Below are positions 1 through 8,775 of a stretch of 36,957 bases of DNA, one piece after another. A program made the position numbers and the translations under genes. Position 1 is the first letter of the stretch. The number at the start of each line of letters is the position of its first letter. The notes under the pieces are model-generated. The model was not told where the DNA came from. It saw only the letters and a program-made list of their open reading frames with translations, and ran no database searches. This DNA comes from Candidatus Hadarchaeum sp. (lineage in GTDB: Archaea > Hadarchaeota > Hadarchaeia > Hadarchaeales > Hadarchaeaceae): contig NZ_JAVZIN010000012.1 of assembly GCF_038871235.1 (NCBI RefSeq), positions 1 to 36,957 on the forward strand, given 5' to 3'.

Positions 1-363
1 GCCTTAAAAGTTTTTTTGGTTAGCGATTTTACGTGATTTAAACGGGCTGATATCTATTATAAAAAGTCTAAAAAACTTTTATTTTTTAATTTAGGGCAAA
101 TATAACATTTTTTATTGATATTACAGCAATATAAAAGTTAATTATTTGTACAATTGGTAAATTTGCGGAAATTAAGTATTAATTAGGTCCTCAACTTCAG
201 GTAGTTTGATAGCGCTTCTGCTGATCGATTGTGTCTTCGGCATATTTAGTCGACAAAATCATATAATCGCGAGAAGTGAAATAATCCCAAACCGCGAACC
301 GAGTGCGGTGATGTGGGCAGGCTCCATATAATTTGGGTTGCTCAAACGGAAACCCGATTAAGA

Positions 364-1593
364 CTAGATTTTAATTATTTTTTTCTTTGAAGTACTCGCG
401 GCGATAATTTTTCCATTTTTTATTACATACAATCGAACGGGCTGAAAACGAAATGCATCTTTGATGTTATCCGCGTCAATAATCACGATATCTGCTGTTT
501 TGCCCGCCTGCAAACCATAATCCTGATATCTCATGGCTTTGGCCCCGTTCAAGGTGATCATGTCGTAAACTTTCTCCAACTCGGCAGGTGTACCCAGTTG
601 TGCCACGTGCGCCATGAGGAACCCCACCTCAAGCTGATCCATCTTCCCAAACGGATAATATGGATCGTTGACATCATCCTGCGCGGTGGCAACGTTGACG
701 CCTGCTTCTAAGAATTCTTTGACTCTAGTTATTCCTCGCCGGATGAGCCCAACGTCCCTCCTTCCATTTAACATGAGGCTGATGTGGGGGTTTGAAACTA
801 TCGTCATCTCAGCATCTCTCACCATTTGAATGACCCTAGCAGCGTGGCTGTTATCGTAGGCTGCCAAGGCCCCCGCGTGGCTTGCTGACACTCTTCCGAA
901 ATATTTTTTTTTTATCGCTTTATAGGCAAAATATTCGAGCGTCCTCGAGGTTGGGTCATCGGTATCATCAACCAGCATATGAATGTCCGCGCCAAACCTT
1001 TTGGCGATGTCAAACACGATATCAACATGCCTTTTTTGATCATCTCCAAACTCAATCCAAGGAATACCTCCAACAACGTCTGCCCCCAGCTCCATCGCTT
1101 GATAAAGTAGATCCTCTGTGCCTTCATCTTTGAGTATCCCCTCTTGAGGAAAAGCAACCACCTGCAAATCAACATGGTTGGCTCGTTCCTTCTTAATTTC
1201 CAGCAAGGCCTTAACTGGATTTAGTCCGCCTATAGTATCGACATCCGCAAAGGCCCTAATCCTCGTGCATCCGTATACCACGGCAAGATCGACCACTTGA
1301 TTGGCTCTTTTTTTAATCTCCTGAACAGTGTATCTTTTCTTGTATTCCCAAGTTCTTCTTATCCCCCCTTCACAGGTATCGACATTACCGCCAACAGCGT
1401 CTCCAATTAATGACTTATCGAGGTGGACATGTAGATTCACAAACGCAGGAGTCGTCAAACGTTCGTCAACATTAATTTCCTTATCCGATCTTTTTTTTAT
1501 TTTTCCAGATATCTCAACAATCTTTCCGTCTTTTATGCCGATGTCCCTTACCTCGCCACTTCTCAACTTAGCTTTTCTCAGGATAAGATCCAG
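364..1593 (-). CDS. Cytosine/creatinine deaminase-like amidohydrolase (CodA family, divergent active site)
   Basis: HVHLDK metal motif, LQVVAFPQEG, ASHA, QDD, YYPFG. ORF track starts at 1614; a GGGGTGA Shine-Dalgarno at 1605-1599 favours a CTG start at 1593 (MDLILRKAKL) or a nearby codon. Confidence 0.85.
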   Translation of the reverse strand: MDLILRKAKLRSGEVRDIGIKDGKIVEISGKIKKRSDKEINVDERLTTPAFVNLHVHLDKSLIGDAVGGNVDTCEGGIRRTWEYKKRYTVQEIKKRANQVVDLAVVYGCTRIRAFADVDTIGGLNPVKALLEIKKERANHVDLQVVAFPQEGILKDEGTEDLLYQAMELGADVVGGIPWIEFGDDQKRHVDIVFDIAKRFGADIHMLVDDTDDPTSRTLEYFAYKAIKKKYFGRVSASHAGALAAYDNSHAARVIQMVRDAEMTIVSNPHISLMLNGRRDVGLIRRGITRVKEFLEAGVNVATAQDDVNDPYYPFGKMDQLEVGFLMAHVAQLGTPAELEKVYDMITLNGAKAMRYQDYGLQAGKTADIVIIDADNIKDAFRFQPVRLYVIKNGKIIAASTSKKKIIKI

Positions 1594-1844
1594 TGACTTC
1601 ACCCCAAAAGACAAACAAGCTACTATCAGTATGATGGTAATAAAATATTTTGTTTGGACGTGTTGTTGTATTTAAAAACCTAATTTTAAGCCCTCAAGAT
1701 GTCATGAAAATAGTCAAAGTTTTCTCACCTACTTAAAATTTTCTCAATATCTTCATAAAAATCGAGATTAACTCAAGAAAATAGAACAATCAAGAGCTAA
1801 AACTTATAAGAGCTGCACATACCATCTCTTATGGAGGTCAAAAA

Positions 1845-2672
1845 ATGGTTGACAGGTTGCTTGAGTTGTTCGAAGAAAAAAGGGTGAAGATGTACGACCT
1901 ATCCCAGCCTCTTGGAATTCACACGCCATTTTGGCCCTACTACCCACCTTTTGAGGTAAAATACTTCAAACGTAAACCAGAACACGGTGTGAACGCTCAA
2001 TACATTCAAAGTTCACTACACATCGGCACACATCTCGACGCGCCAAGGCATTTCCTCACCGGAGGTAAGACCATCGACCAGCTGCCACTCGAGTGGCTTT
2101 GTGGACCCGGAGTTGTGGTTGACCTTACCGACGAAATGGACGACTTAGCCATTTACACCCCAGAGATGATCGAGAAGCGAGTGGATGTACATGAGGGAGA
2201 TATTCTCATCCTCCACACTGGATGGGAGAAATATGCTTGGTGCGGATCCCAGCCAGATGAAGAACGCTACATCCACTTACACCCTGGAGCCGACAGACGG
2301 ATGGTCGACTGGCTAATCAAAAAGAAAATTCACGTCTGGGGTATGGACTGTGTCTCCACCGACCACCCGATGAATCTCCCGATAGGACGATTCCTCGGAA
2401 AAGGCACTTTCGGCCAATGTGAAAGGGTCCGCGCGCTAGCTGAAAAGAAGTTCGGAGGCAAGGAAGCCGTTGACAAGCTCTTCCCGCAAGAGGACTATCA
2501 GCTGACCCACAACAAACTGTTCCCACATGACTGCATCCACCTAGAGAACCTCGGCGGTCAGATCAGTGCCCCAGAGATCCAAAACAAGAGGCTTGTGATC
2601 AGCTGCTTCCCGTGGCTATTCGAAGGCGGTGAATCGGCTTGGTGCCGGGTCGTTGCCTTTCTCTCCGAGTAA
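1845..2672 (+). CDS. Cyclase family / kynurenine formamidase-like metal-dependent hydrolase
   Basis: Signature HIGTHLDAPRHF (HxGTHxDxPxH), GDILILHTGW, C-terminal HLENL; GGAGG RBS before ATG. Confidence 0.9.
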   Translation: MVDRLLELFEEKRVKMYDLSQPLGIHTPFWPYYPPFEVKYFKRKPEHGVNAQYIQSSLHIGTHLDAPRHFLTGGKTIDQLPLEWLCGPGVVVDLTDEMDDLAIYTPEMIEKRVDVHEGDILILHTGWEKYAWCGSQPDEERYIHLHPGADRRMVDWLIKKKIHVWGMDCVSTDHPMNLPIGRFLGKGTFGQCERVRALAEKKFGGKEAVDKLFPQEDYQLTHNKLFPHDCIHLENLGGQISAPEIQNKRLVISCFPWLFEGGESAWCRVVAFLSE

Positions 2673-2708
2673 AAGCCCCGCAAAAATAACGCGGGGTATT
2701 TATTTTTT
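2672..2708. terminator. Hairpin between convergent genes, probable bidirectional terminator
   Basis: CCCCGC (2676-2681) / GCGGGG (2691-2696) stem, A-run on the left and T-rich run on the right, between two stop codons. Confidence 0.6.
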
Positions 2709-3180
2709 AATCTTGACTTCTTTTCGCCGCATCCAATATCGCATCAATAATTTGTCTGTAACCCGTACATCTACAGAGCAGGCCGCCGATGGCCTCCTTC
2801 ACCTCTTCCTCGCTTGGATTCGGATTACGCCTAAGAAACGCTTCTGCGGTTAAAATAAAGGCCGGTGTACAAAAACCGCACTGTACGGCTCCATGCTCAA
2901 CAAAGGCGCGTTGGACGCGCGATAGTTTCTCTCCGCGCGCGATACCCTCGATGGTAGTTATTTCCTTTCCGTCAGCTTCGACTGCCAGCACCAAACAAGA
3001 TTTCATCGGCACTCCATTCACCAGCACCGTGCAGAGCCCGCAATCACCACGCTCACATGCCTGCTTGGTGCCCGTTAAACCGAGATCTTCCCGGAGCAAT
3101 TGAAGAAGAGTCCGATTGGCTTCGATTTCAACGCTATATGACTCGCCATTTACTTTTAGTGAAATACAGTGCTTCACCAT
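2707..3180 (-). CDS. Xanthine dehydrogenase family 2x[2Fe-2S] small subunit (CoxS/XdhC-like)
   Basis: GTKQACERGDCGLCTV..SC and QCGFCTP...LCRCTGY cysteine motifs. Confidence 0.95.
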   Translation of the reverse strand: MVKHCISLKVNGESYSVEIEANRTLLQLLREDLGLTGTKQACERGDCGLCTVLVNGVPMKSCLVLAVEADGKEITTIEGIARGEKLSRVQRAFVEHGAVQCGFCTPAFILTAEAFLRRNPNPSEEEVKEAIGGLLCRCTGYRQIIDAILDAAKRSQD

Positions 3181-4034
3181 CAGCCCACTCCCCAGAGTTG
3201 CCTAAGAACTCTTTTAGTAAGCACTTCAGCCATGTGCACCCGATATTCTTTGCTGGCCCTAACGTCTGAGATGGGTGAAATCTTTCCGGCGACGATCGAT
3301 GCAGCTTTGTTTATTTGCTCCGCCAATGTGCCACCTTTCCAGAAAACTTCCTCTACTTCAGGAATGAGAAGCGGCGTGGGCGCAACCGAGGACAGAGCGA
3401 TACGCACCATCTTTTGATCGGGATTAACCAGTCCGGCGACCCCAACCACTGCCAGATCCTCGCCTCGTGTGCGACCCCACTTGAGATAACAGCTCATGGA
3501 TCCTTCCGGAGGATTAGGTACCCGTACGGCCTTAACTAGGTCACCGGGTCTGAGCGAAGTGCGCTTGACTCCAACAAAAAAGTCCTTGACAGGGATAACG
3601 CGTTCCCCAGCGCTATTCGCGACCTCAACCTCGGCACCGTGAACCAGCAGCGCTGGTGCGGTATCGGAGGCTGGAGAAGCGTTACAGATGTTTCCGACGA
3701 GTGTGGCGCGGTTCCTCAGTATCGGATCCCCCAAGGACCTCGAGGCATCCCAAAGTGCCCCAAATCGTTCCTTGACAACATTGGATTCAACCAACTGATT
3801 CAGGACAACGGCCGCCCCAATTCTGAGCCCATTTTCCCCATGAGATATCTCGCGCAACTCCCCAATGCCCTTAACGTCGATTAAATACCTTGGCCTGATT
3901 GCCCTGTCCCTCATCAGAACTAAAAGATCTGTCCCACCAGCGAGTACCCTTGCTTCACCATCGTGCTCGGCAAGCATACCAACTGCTTCCTGAACCGTTT
4001 TGGGTTTGAGATAATCAAATTTGGGCAGCGGCAA
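3180..4034 (-). CDS. Xanthine dehydrogenase family FAD-binding medium subunit (CoxM/XdhB-like)
   Basis: LAGGTDL, RNRATLVGNICNASPASD, DVRASKEYR; TTG start after GAGGTGA; no [4Fe-4S] insertion evident. Confidence 0.95.
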   Translation of the reverse strand: MPLPKFDYLKPKTVQEAVGMLAEHDGEARVLAGGTDLLVLMRDRAIRPRYLIDVKGIGELREISHGENGLRIGAAVVLNQLVESNVVKERFGALWDASRSLGDPILRNRATLVGNICNASPASDTAPALLVHGAEVEVANSAGERVIPVKDFFVGVKRTSLRPGDLVKAVRVPNPPEGSMSCYLKWGRTRGEDLAVVGVAGLVNPDQKMVRIALSSVAPTPLLIPEVEEVFWKGGTLAEQINKAASIVAGKISPISDVRASKEYRVHMAEVLTKRVLRQLWGVG

Positions 4035-4035
4035 C

Positions 4036-6366
4036 TCACTTCACCTCAGACTTTTTAAGCGCCTTCCACACTTTCTCCTTGGTCATCGGAAGTTCATAGA
4101 TATCAACTCCTGTGGCATTGTAAATCGCGTTGGCTATCGCGGGCTGCAGGGATATGGTCGGATGCTCGCCTATCCCCCTCGCCCCATAGGGACCATTACT
4201 TTGAGGATTTTCAATCATGATTGGCACAAACTCATCCGGAATGTCAGGTGCTCGCGGTATCTTGTAGTCGGTGAGGTTATTGTTCAGCAGAGCCCCCTTT
4301 TCATCGAATATATAGTCCTCGAATAGCGCCTGTCCTAGCGCCTGAACGACTCCTCCACATATCTGACCTTTAAGAAGTAATGGATTCAGAGCTTTCCCAA
4401 GGTCCAATGCGGTGGCTACCTTGAGTACCCTCACTTCACCGGTTTCGGGATCAACCTCAACCTCAACTCCCTGTGCCCCGAAGGTCCACACAAGCGCCGG
4501 CAACCCTTGTCCAGTCTCCGGATCCAAGTTTGTCAATCCCTCAGCGGTGTAATATCCATAACCAACTATCGGGCCCCGAATACCCCTGCCGTCGGGCAGC
4601 ACGCCGCAAGTCGCAACCGCAGCAAGCGTCAAGCCCCTCTCAGGCTCCCTTCCTACGAAAACCCGGCCATCGGCTATCTCCAGCGAATCCTCTGGCATCC
4701 CGAGCAACTGCGCGGCCGTGGCTTTTACTTGGCGTTTTAGGTCCTTTAATGCCTGCAAAACTGCATTGCCATCCATAAAAGTACCGCGACTTGCCACCGT
4801 CTGCCACGAGTAAGGGGAATAATCCGTTTCCCGCTTGCTGACGACTTTGATCCTGTCCACCGGCATCTGAAGTTCTTCCGCCGCCATCTGAACAAAAACC
4901 GTCGGGGTGCCTTGCCCCATTTCAATCAATCCAATCGAAAGAGTAACCGTCCCGTCTTCGTTTAGCTTGGCGATTGCGGAAGACGAAGCAAAGGACGGCA
5001 TCGCCGGAGCTTTCCAGAGCGCCGCAATTCCCTTTCCTCGCAGTTTTCCGTTTATCTGTCTTGGCTCCTTTCTTCCCCAACCTATTGCCTCGGCAACTGC
5101 TTTTATGCATTGATCGACCCGCCCGGCATCGTCTCGAAGTTTTTCACCGGAAGCAGTAATACGTCCAGGCAAAGCGGCATTCTTAAGACGAAATTCTACT
5201 GGGTCCATCCCAATCTTACGGGCCACCATATCCATCTGACGTTCAATGGCCCACAGTAGCTCTGGACAGCCAAACCCACGATAAGCGGTTCCATAGGGAT
5301 GATTTGTGTAGACGGTATAACTATCACACTTCACATTGGGAACTTCATAAGGGCCGGTGCAAGAATAGCCAGCGGCGCGCCCAATGTTTACGGCGTAGTC
5401 AGCATAGGCCCCAGTATCCCAGATATACTCGATCTCTTCGGCCGTTATCTTACCGTCCCGCTTGACACCGGTTTTTATGCGAGCATACATTCCCTGACGA
5501 ACAGCCACGGTGCGGAATTGCTCCTCGCGGCTCATCACCAACTTTACGGGTCTCCCTCCCGCTTTTCGAGAAAGCAGCACAACTAGAGGCTCCCAGTGAA
5601 GCCCAGCCTTTCCACCAAATCCTCCTCCAACATAGGGCACATGCACATTAATTTTGTGGATGGGCACACCTAGGCCAACGCTTAGCAGATGTCGAACGGC
5701 AAAAGGGGACTGGGCGCTTGTCCAGACATTTATCTGCCCGTTGGGAAGCCACTGCCCGATCGAGGTGTGGGTCTCCATCTGCACGTGGTGAACTTGGGGT
5801 TGGTAGAATTCATTTTCGACGATAAAGTCAGCCTCAGCAAAACCTCTTTCCACATCTCCTTTACGGAGCTTGAAATGGCTAGCGATGTTGGTGTGAGGTT
5901 TAGGAAAAATATATGGGGCGTGTTTGTACTCATGAAGATTTTCATGCACCAGAGGGGCACCTTCTTTCATCGCCTCACGCTGATCAAAAACAGCGGGCAG
6001 CTCCTCATACCGTACTTTTATCAACTCTAAAGCCTCTTCGGCTATCTCCTCGGTATCGGCGGCTACGGCGGCTACGGGCTCTCCGACGTGTCTGACCTTA
6101 TCAACGGCCAAGACCGTCTTGTCGCTCAGGTAAATACCAAAATGATACTTGGCTTCACTACCGGTAATTACGGCTCGAACGCCCGGTAAATTTTCAACCC
6201 CTGAAATATCGATTCCAACTATTCTAGCATGTGCATGTGGGCTCTTCAAAATTTTAGCGTGAAGCATCCCTGGCAAACGTATGTCTCCTGTGTATACTGC
6301 TGAACCAGCAACCTTTTCAACCGCATCAACACGCTCAACATCACGACCCAAATAGGAGTACTTCAT
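4036..6366 (-). CDS. Xanthine dehydrogenase family molybdopterin-binding large subunit
   Basis: GGGFGGK, AYRGFG, EMGQG, VASRGT, GQICGG, GARGIGE (catalytic Glu). The form I CODH motif AYRCSFR is absent. Confidence 0.95.
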   Translation of the reverse strand: MKYSYLGRDVERVDAVEKVAGSAVYTGDIRLPGMLHAKILKSPHAHARIVGIDISGVENLPGVRAVITGSEAKYHFGIYLSDKTVLAVDKVRHVGEPVAAVAADTEEIAEEALELIKVRYEELPAVFDQREAMKEGAPLVHENLHEYKHAPYIFPKPHTNIASHFKLRKGDVERGFAEADFIVENEFYQPQVHHVQMETHTSIGQWLPNGQINVWTSAQSPFAVRHLLSVGLGVPIHKINVHVPYVGGGFGGKAGLHWEPLVVLLSRKAGGRPVKLVMSREEQFRTVAVRQGMYARIKTGVKRDGKITAEEIEYIWDTGAYADYAVNIGRAAGYSCTGPYEVPNVKCDSYTVYTNHPYGTAYRGFGCPELLWAIERQMDMVARKIGMDPVEFRLKNAALPGRITASGEKLRDDAGRVDQCIKAVAEAIGWGRKEPRQINGKLRGKGIAALWKAPAMPSFASSSAIAKLNEDGTVTLSIGLIEMGQGTPTVFVQMAAEELQMPVDRIKVVSKRETDYSPYSWQTVASRGTFMDGNAVLQALKDLKRQVKATAAQLLGMPEDSLEIADGRVFVGREPERGLTLAAVATCGVLPDGRGIRGPIVGYGYYTAEGLTNLDPETGQGLPALVWTFGAQGVEVEVDPETGEVRVLKVATALDLGKALNPLLLKGQICGGVVQALGQALFEDYIFDEKGALLNNNLTDYKIPRAPDIPDEFVPIMIENPQSNGPYGARGIGEHPTISLQPAIANAIYNATGVDIYELPMTKEKVWKALKKSEVK

Positions 6367-6403
6367 GTACTCACAAACAATATCAAAAAAATAACTTAAA
6401 AAG

Positions 6404-6643
6404 TTATCTAAGGCCCCCGCCTACCAGTGGAACGAGCACTATTTCGTCTCCGTCCTTAACGGGACTGTTTTCATCCACAGGCGTCCCGTTTAAATATATC
6501 AAAGCAATGGAAGCCGGGTGGTACTTCAACGCCTCGAAAACATCAATCACTCTCATCCCTTCCCTGAAATCAAGCTCCGTCCACCCGCTTGCCGCGGCGA
6601 GCTGTACACGTATTACCAAACTAACCCCATAAATATCTAACAT
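6404..6643 (-). CDS. MoaD/ThiS/SAMP ubiquitin-like sulfur carrier with C-terminal extension
   Basis: LNG...VKDGDEIVLVPLVGGG beta-grasp C-terminus followed by LR; immediately upstream of the Mo-enzyme genes. Start uncertain. Confidence 0.8.
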   Translation of the reverse strand: MLDIYGVSLVIRVQLAAASGWTELDFREGMRVIDVFEALKYHPASIALIYLNGTPVDENSPVKDGDEIVLVPLVGGGLR

Positions 6644-6764
6644 TCTTTATTTATTCAATTGATTTTTATTGGTAAGGAGGGTTTAACCTAACACAATTTA
6701 AAGCGCTTTGAAAAGAGTCCGGAACATAAGCTCAGCGATGATTTTAAGCAACTTCAGCCGAAAG

Positions 6765-8555
6765 ATGAAGCGTATGTTTGGTGGACATTTTAAGGTCCAA
6801 AGAAGCCTCGTTAACGTGGCCATGGGTCGAGAAAAAGCGGATCTCGTGATCAGTGGTGGCAAAATAATAAATGTCCACAGCCGTGAGATACACAAATCCG
6901 ATATCGCCATTAAGTCCGGCCGAATAGCCCTCGTGGGAGATGCTGACCACACCGTGGGTAGAGAAACCAAGGTAATTGACGCAGGAGGATTTTACTTGGC
7001 TCCAGGACTTATCGACACGCACATCCATATTGAAGCGAGTATGCTTACCCCCACTCAATTCGCTAGGGCCTGTTTGCCCCGGGGAGTCACCGCGGTCCTG
7101 TGGGAACCTCTGTGGACGGCGAATGTTCTGGGGAAGAGAGGGGTAAAATTCTTCTTGGACGAAGGAAACAGAACCCCCCTAAAACTTTTTGCGACAGCGT
7201 CGTCAGGAGTTCCACCTGCACCTAAGGTTATGATAACAGCTGCCACAGAATTCAAAATGAGTGATATCAGACAATTGCTTAAATGGGAAAAAATAGTGGG
7301 GCTGGGAGAAGTAGTATTTTTCGCGGAAGTGACAAAGGGGGATCCAAAAACGTTGGAGAAGATACGGGCATCATTAGTTGAAGGGAAAATCGTTGACGGA
7401 AGCGCACCGGAATTTAAAGGAAAAGAACTAAACGCATACGCTGCCGCAGGAGTGCAGTCTGACCACGAAGCGATCACCTTAGATGAAGCAATTGAAAGGC
7501 TCAGGTTGGGGATGCGCTTGGTTATCAGGGAGGGCTCGAGCATGCGTAACCTATCAGAACTCATTAAGATTATTACTCAAAGAGGTCTTGATCCGCGCCA
7601 CTGTTGTTTTTGTGTAGATGATAAGGACATCAGAGAAATTTTCAAAGAAGGATTGATTGACCATATGGTCAGACGTTCGATAAAAGCAGGAATAGACCCG
7701 GTGACCGCGGTACAGATCGCGACGCTTAACGCTGCAGAATACATAGGGATAGACCGGGATATAGGGAGTATTGCCCCGGGCAGGATCGCCGACATTCTTT
7801 TCGTTGACGACCTAAGCAAATTTTCCATCAAAAAAGTCATGGTAAATGGAAAAATAATAGCCAGGGATGGAAAAATGCTCATAAGGTTGTCTCAAATCAA
7901 TTATCCCAAATGGATCCTGAAAACCATCAGGGTTGCTAGGAAGATCACCCCTGCCGATTTCGCCGTCAGAACCAGAAGGAGGGGAAAAGTGAAAGTTCGG
8001 GTGATAAAGGTATTCGCCGATCAGATTATTACTGACCAGATAATCGAAACGCTTCTGGCACAAAATGGAGTTATCCGACCCGACCCGTCCAAAGACATCC
8101 TTAAAATAGCAATGATCGAAAGATTCGGTAAAACAAAACCAAACATAGGGAAGGGATTTGTGAAGGGGTTCGGCTTTAAAGAAGGGGCCATAGCAACTAG
8201 CGTAGCACCTGACGTACATCACCTGATAGCGGTTGGCAATAAGGACGCTGACATGGCCACCGCCATAAACAGGTTGATTGAAATTCAAGGAGGAATAGTT
8301 GTCTGCAGGGATAAAAGGGTGCTTGGCGAGCTGCCACTGCCTGTAGGAGGCATCGTCTCACCGGAACCTTATGAGAAGATTTTAAGTGATCTGGAAAAAA
8401 TCCATGAGGCAATCAGGGAAATTGGCTGTAAGCTTCCATCTCCTTTTATGACACTAGCGTTCTCAGGTTGCCCGACACTCACTCGGCTCAAGATCTCAGA
8501 TAAAGGGCTGATTGATACCGTCAACCGTAAAATTGTACCAGTTGAAGTGGGATGA
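6765..8555 (+). CDS. Adenine deaminase (AdeC)-family amidohydrolase, divergent active site
   Basis: APGLIDTHIHIEASML, GLGE, SDHE, IREGS, CVDD, LPLPVGG, PFMTLAF. Start probably ATG 6765 or 6774 after the TTTTAAG box at 6742-6748 (ORF track starts at 6708). Confidence 0.88.
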   Translation: MKRMFGGHFKVQRSLVNVAMGREKADLVISGGKIINVHSREIHKSDIAIKSGRIALVGDADHTVGRETKVIDAGGFYLAPGLIDTHIHIEASMLTPTQFARACLPRGVTAVLWEPLWTANVLGKRGVKFFLDEGNRTPLKLFATASSGVPPAPKVMITAATEFKMSDIRQLLKWEKIVGLGEVVFFAEVTKGDPKTLEKIRASLVEGKIVDGSAPEFKGKELNAYAAAGVQSDHEAITLDEAIERLRLGMRLVIREGSSMRNLSELIKIITQRGLDPRHCCFCVDDKDIREIFKEGLIDHMVRRSIKAGIDPVTAVQIATLNAAEYIGIDRDIGSIAPGRIADILFVDDLSKFSIKKVMVNGKIIARDGKMLIRLSQINYPKWILKTIRVARKITPADFAVRTRRRGKVKVRVIKVFADQIITDQIIETLLAQNGVIRPDPSKDILKIAMIERFGKTKPNIGKGFVKGFGFKEGAIATSVAPDVHHLIAVGNKDADMATAINRLIEIQGGIVVCRDKRVLGELPLPVGGIVSPEPYEKILSDLEKIHEAIREIGCKLPSPFMTLAFSGCPTLTRLKISDKGLIDTVNRKIVPVEVG

Positions 8556-8775
8556 TTATTAAGCCGATCCAAGCATTCATCTCATTGCGATCAATCTCAA
8601 CATCCCGACACTTGCCTTAAAACCACTGAATTTTGGGGTTCCGCAGAGGATTTTGCCCACACCTAGACTGACGGCAGCTCAATTTTCAGCGAGTGTTGAG
8701 ACCGACACGTACTTTAAAATATATATCCGCCTTGAGTGAATTCTGGTGTTGAAACAATATCGGTGATGTGACAAC

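Noticed and set aside
4036-6366. Aerobic CO dehydrogenase (coxLMS)
   Set aside because: The active-site loop is AYRGFG, not AYRCSFR; context favours an N-heterocycle hydroxylase/reductase.
8616-8624. Third copy of the TSD sequence CTTAAAACC
   Set aside because: No adjacent IR or transposase remnant; an AT-rich 9-mer can recur by chance in 37 kb.
6375-8761. AAACAATATC near both the xdh (6375-6384) and enolase (8752-8761) starts as a shared operator
   Set aside because: Opposite orientation relative to the genes, not palindromic, and not seen at the cluster's other promoters.
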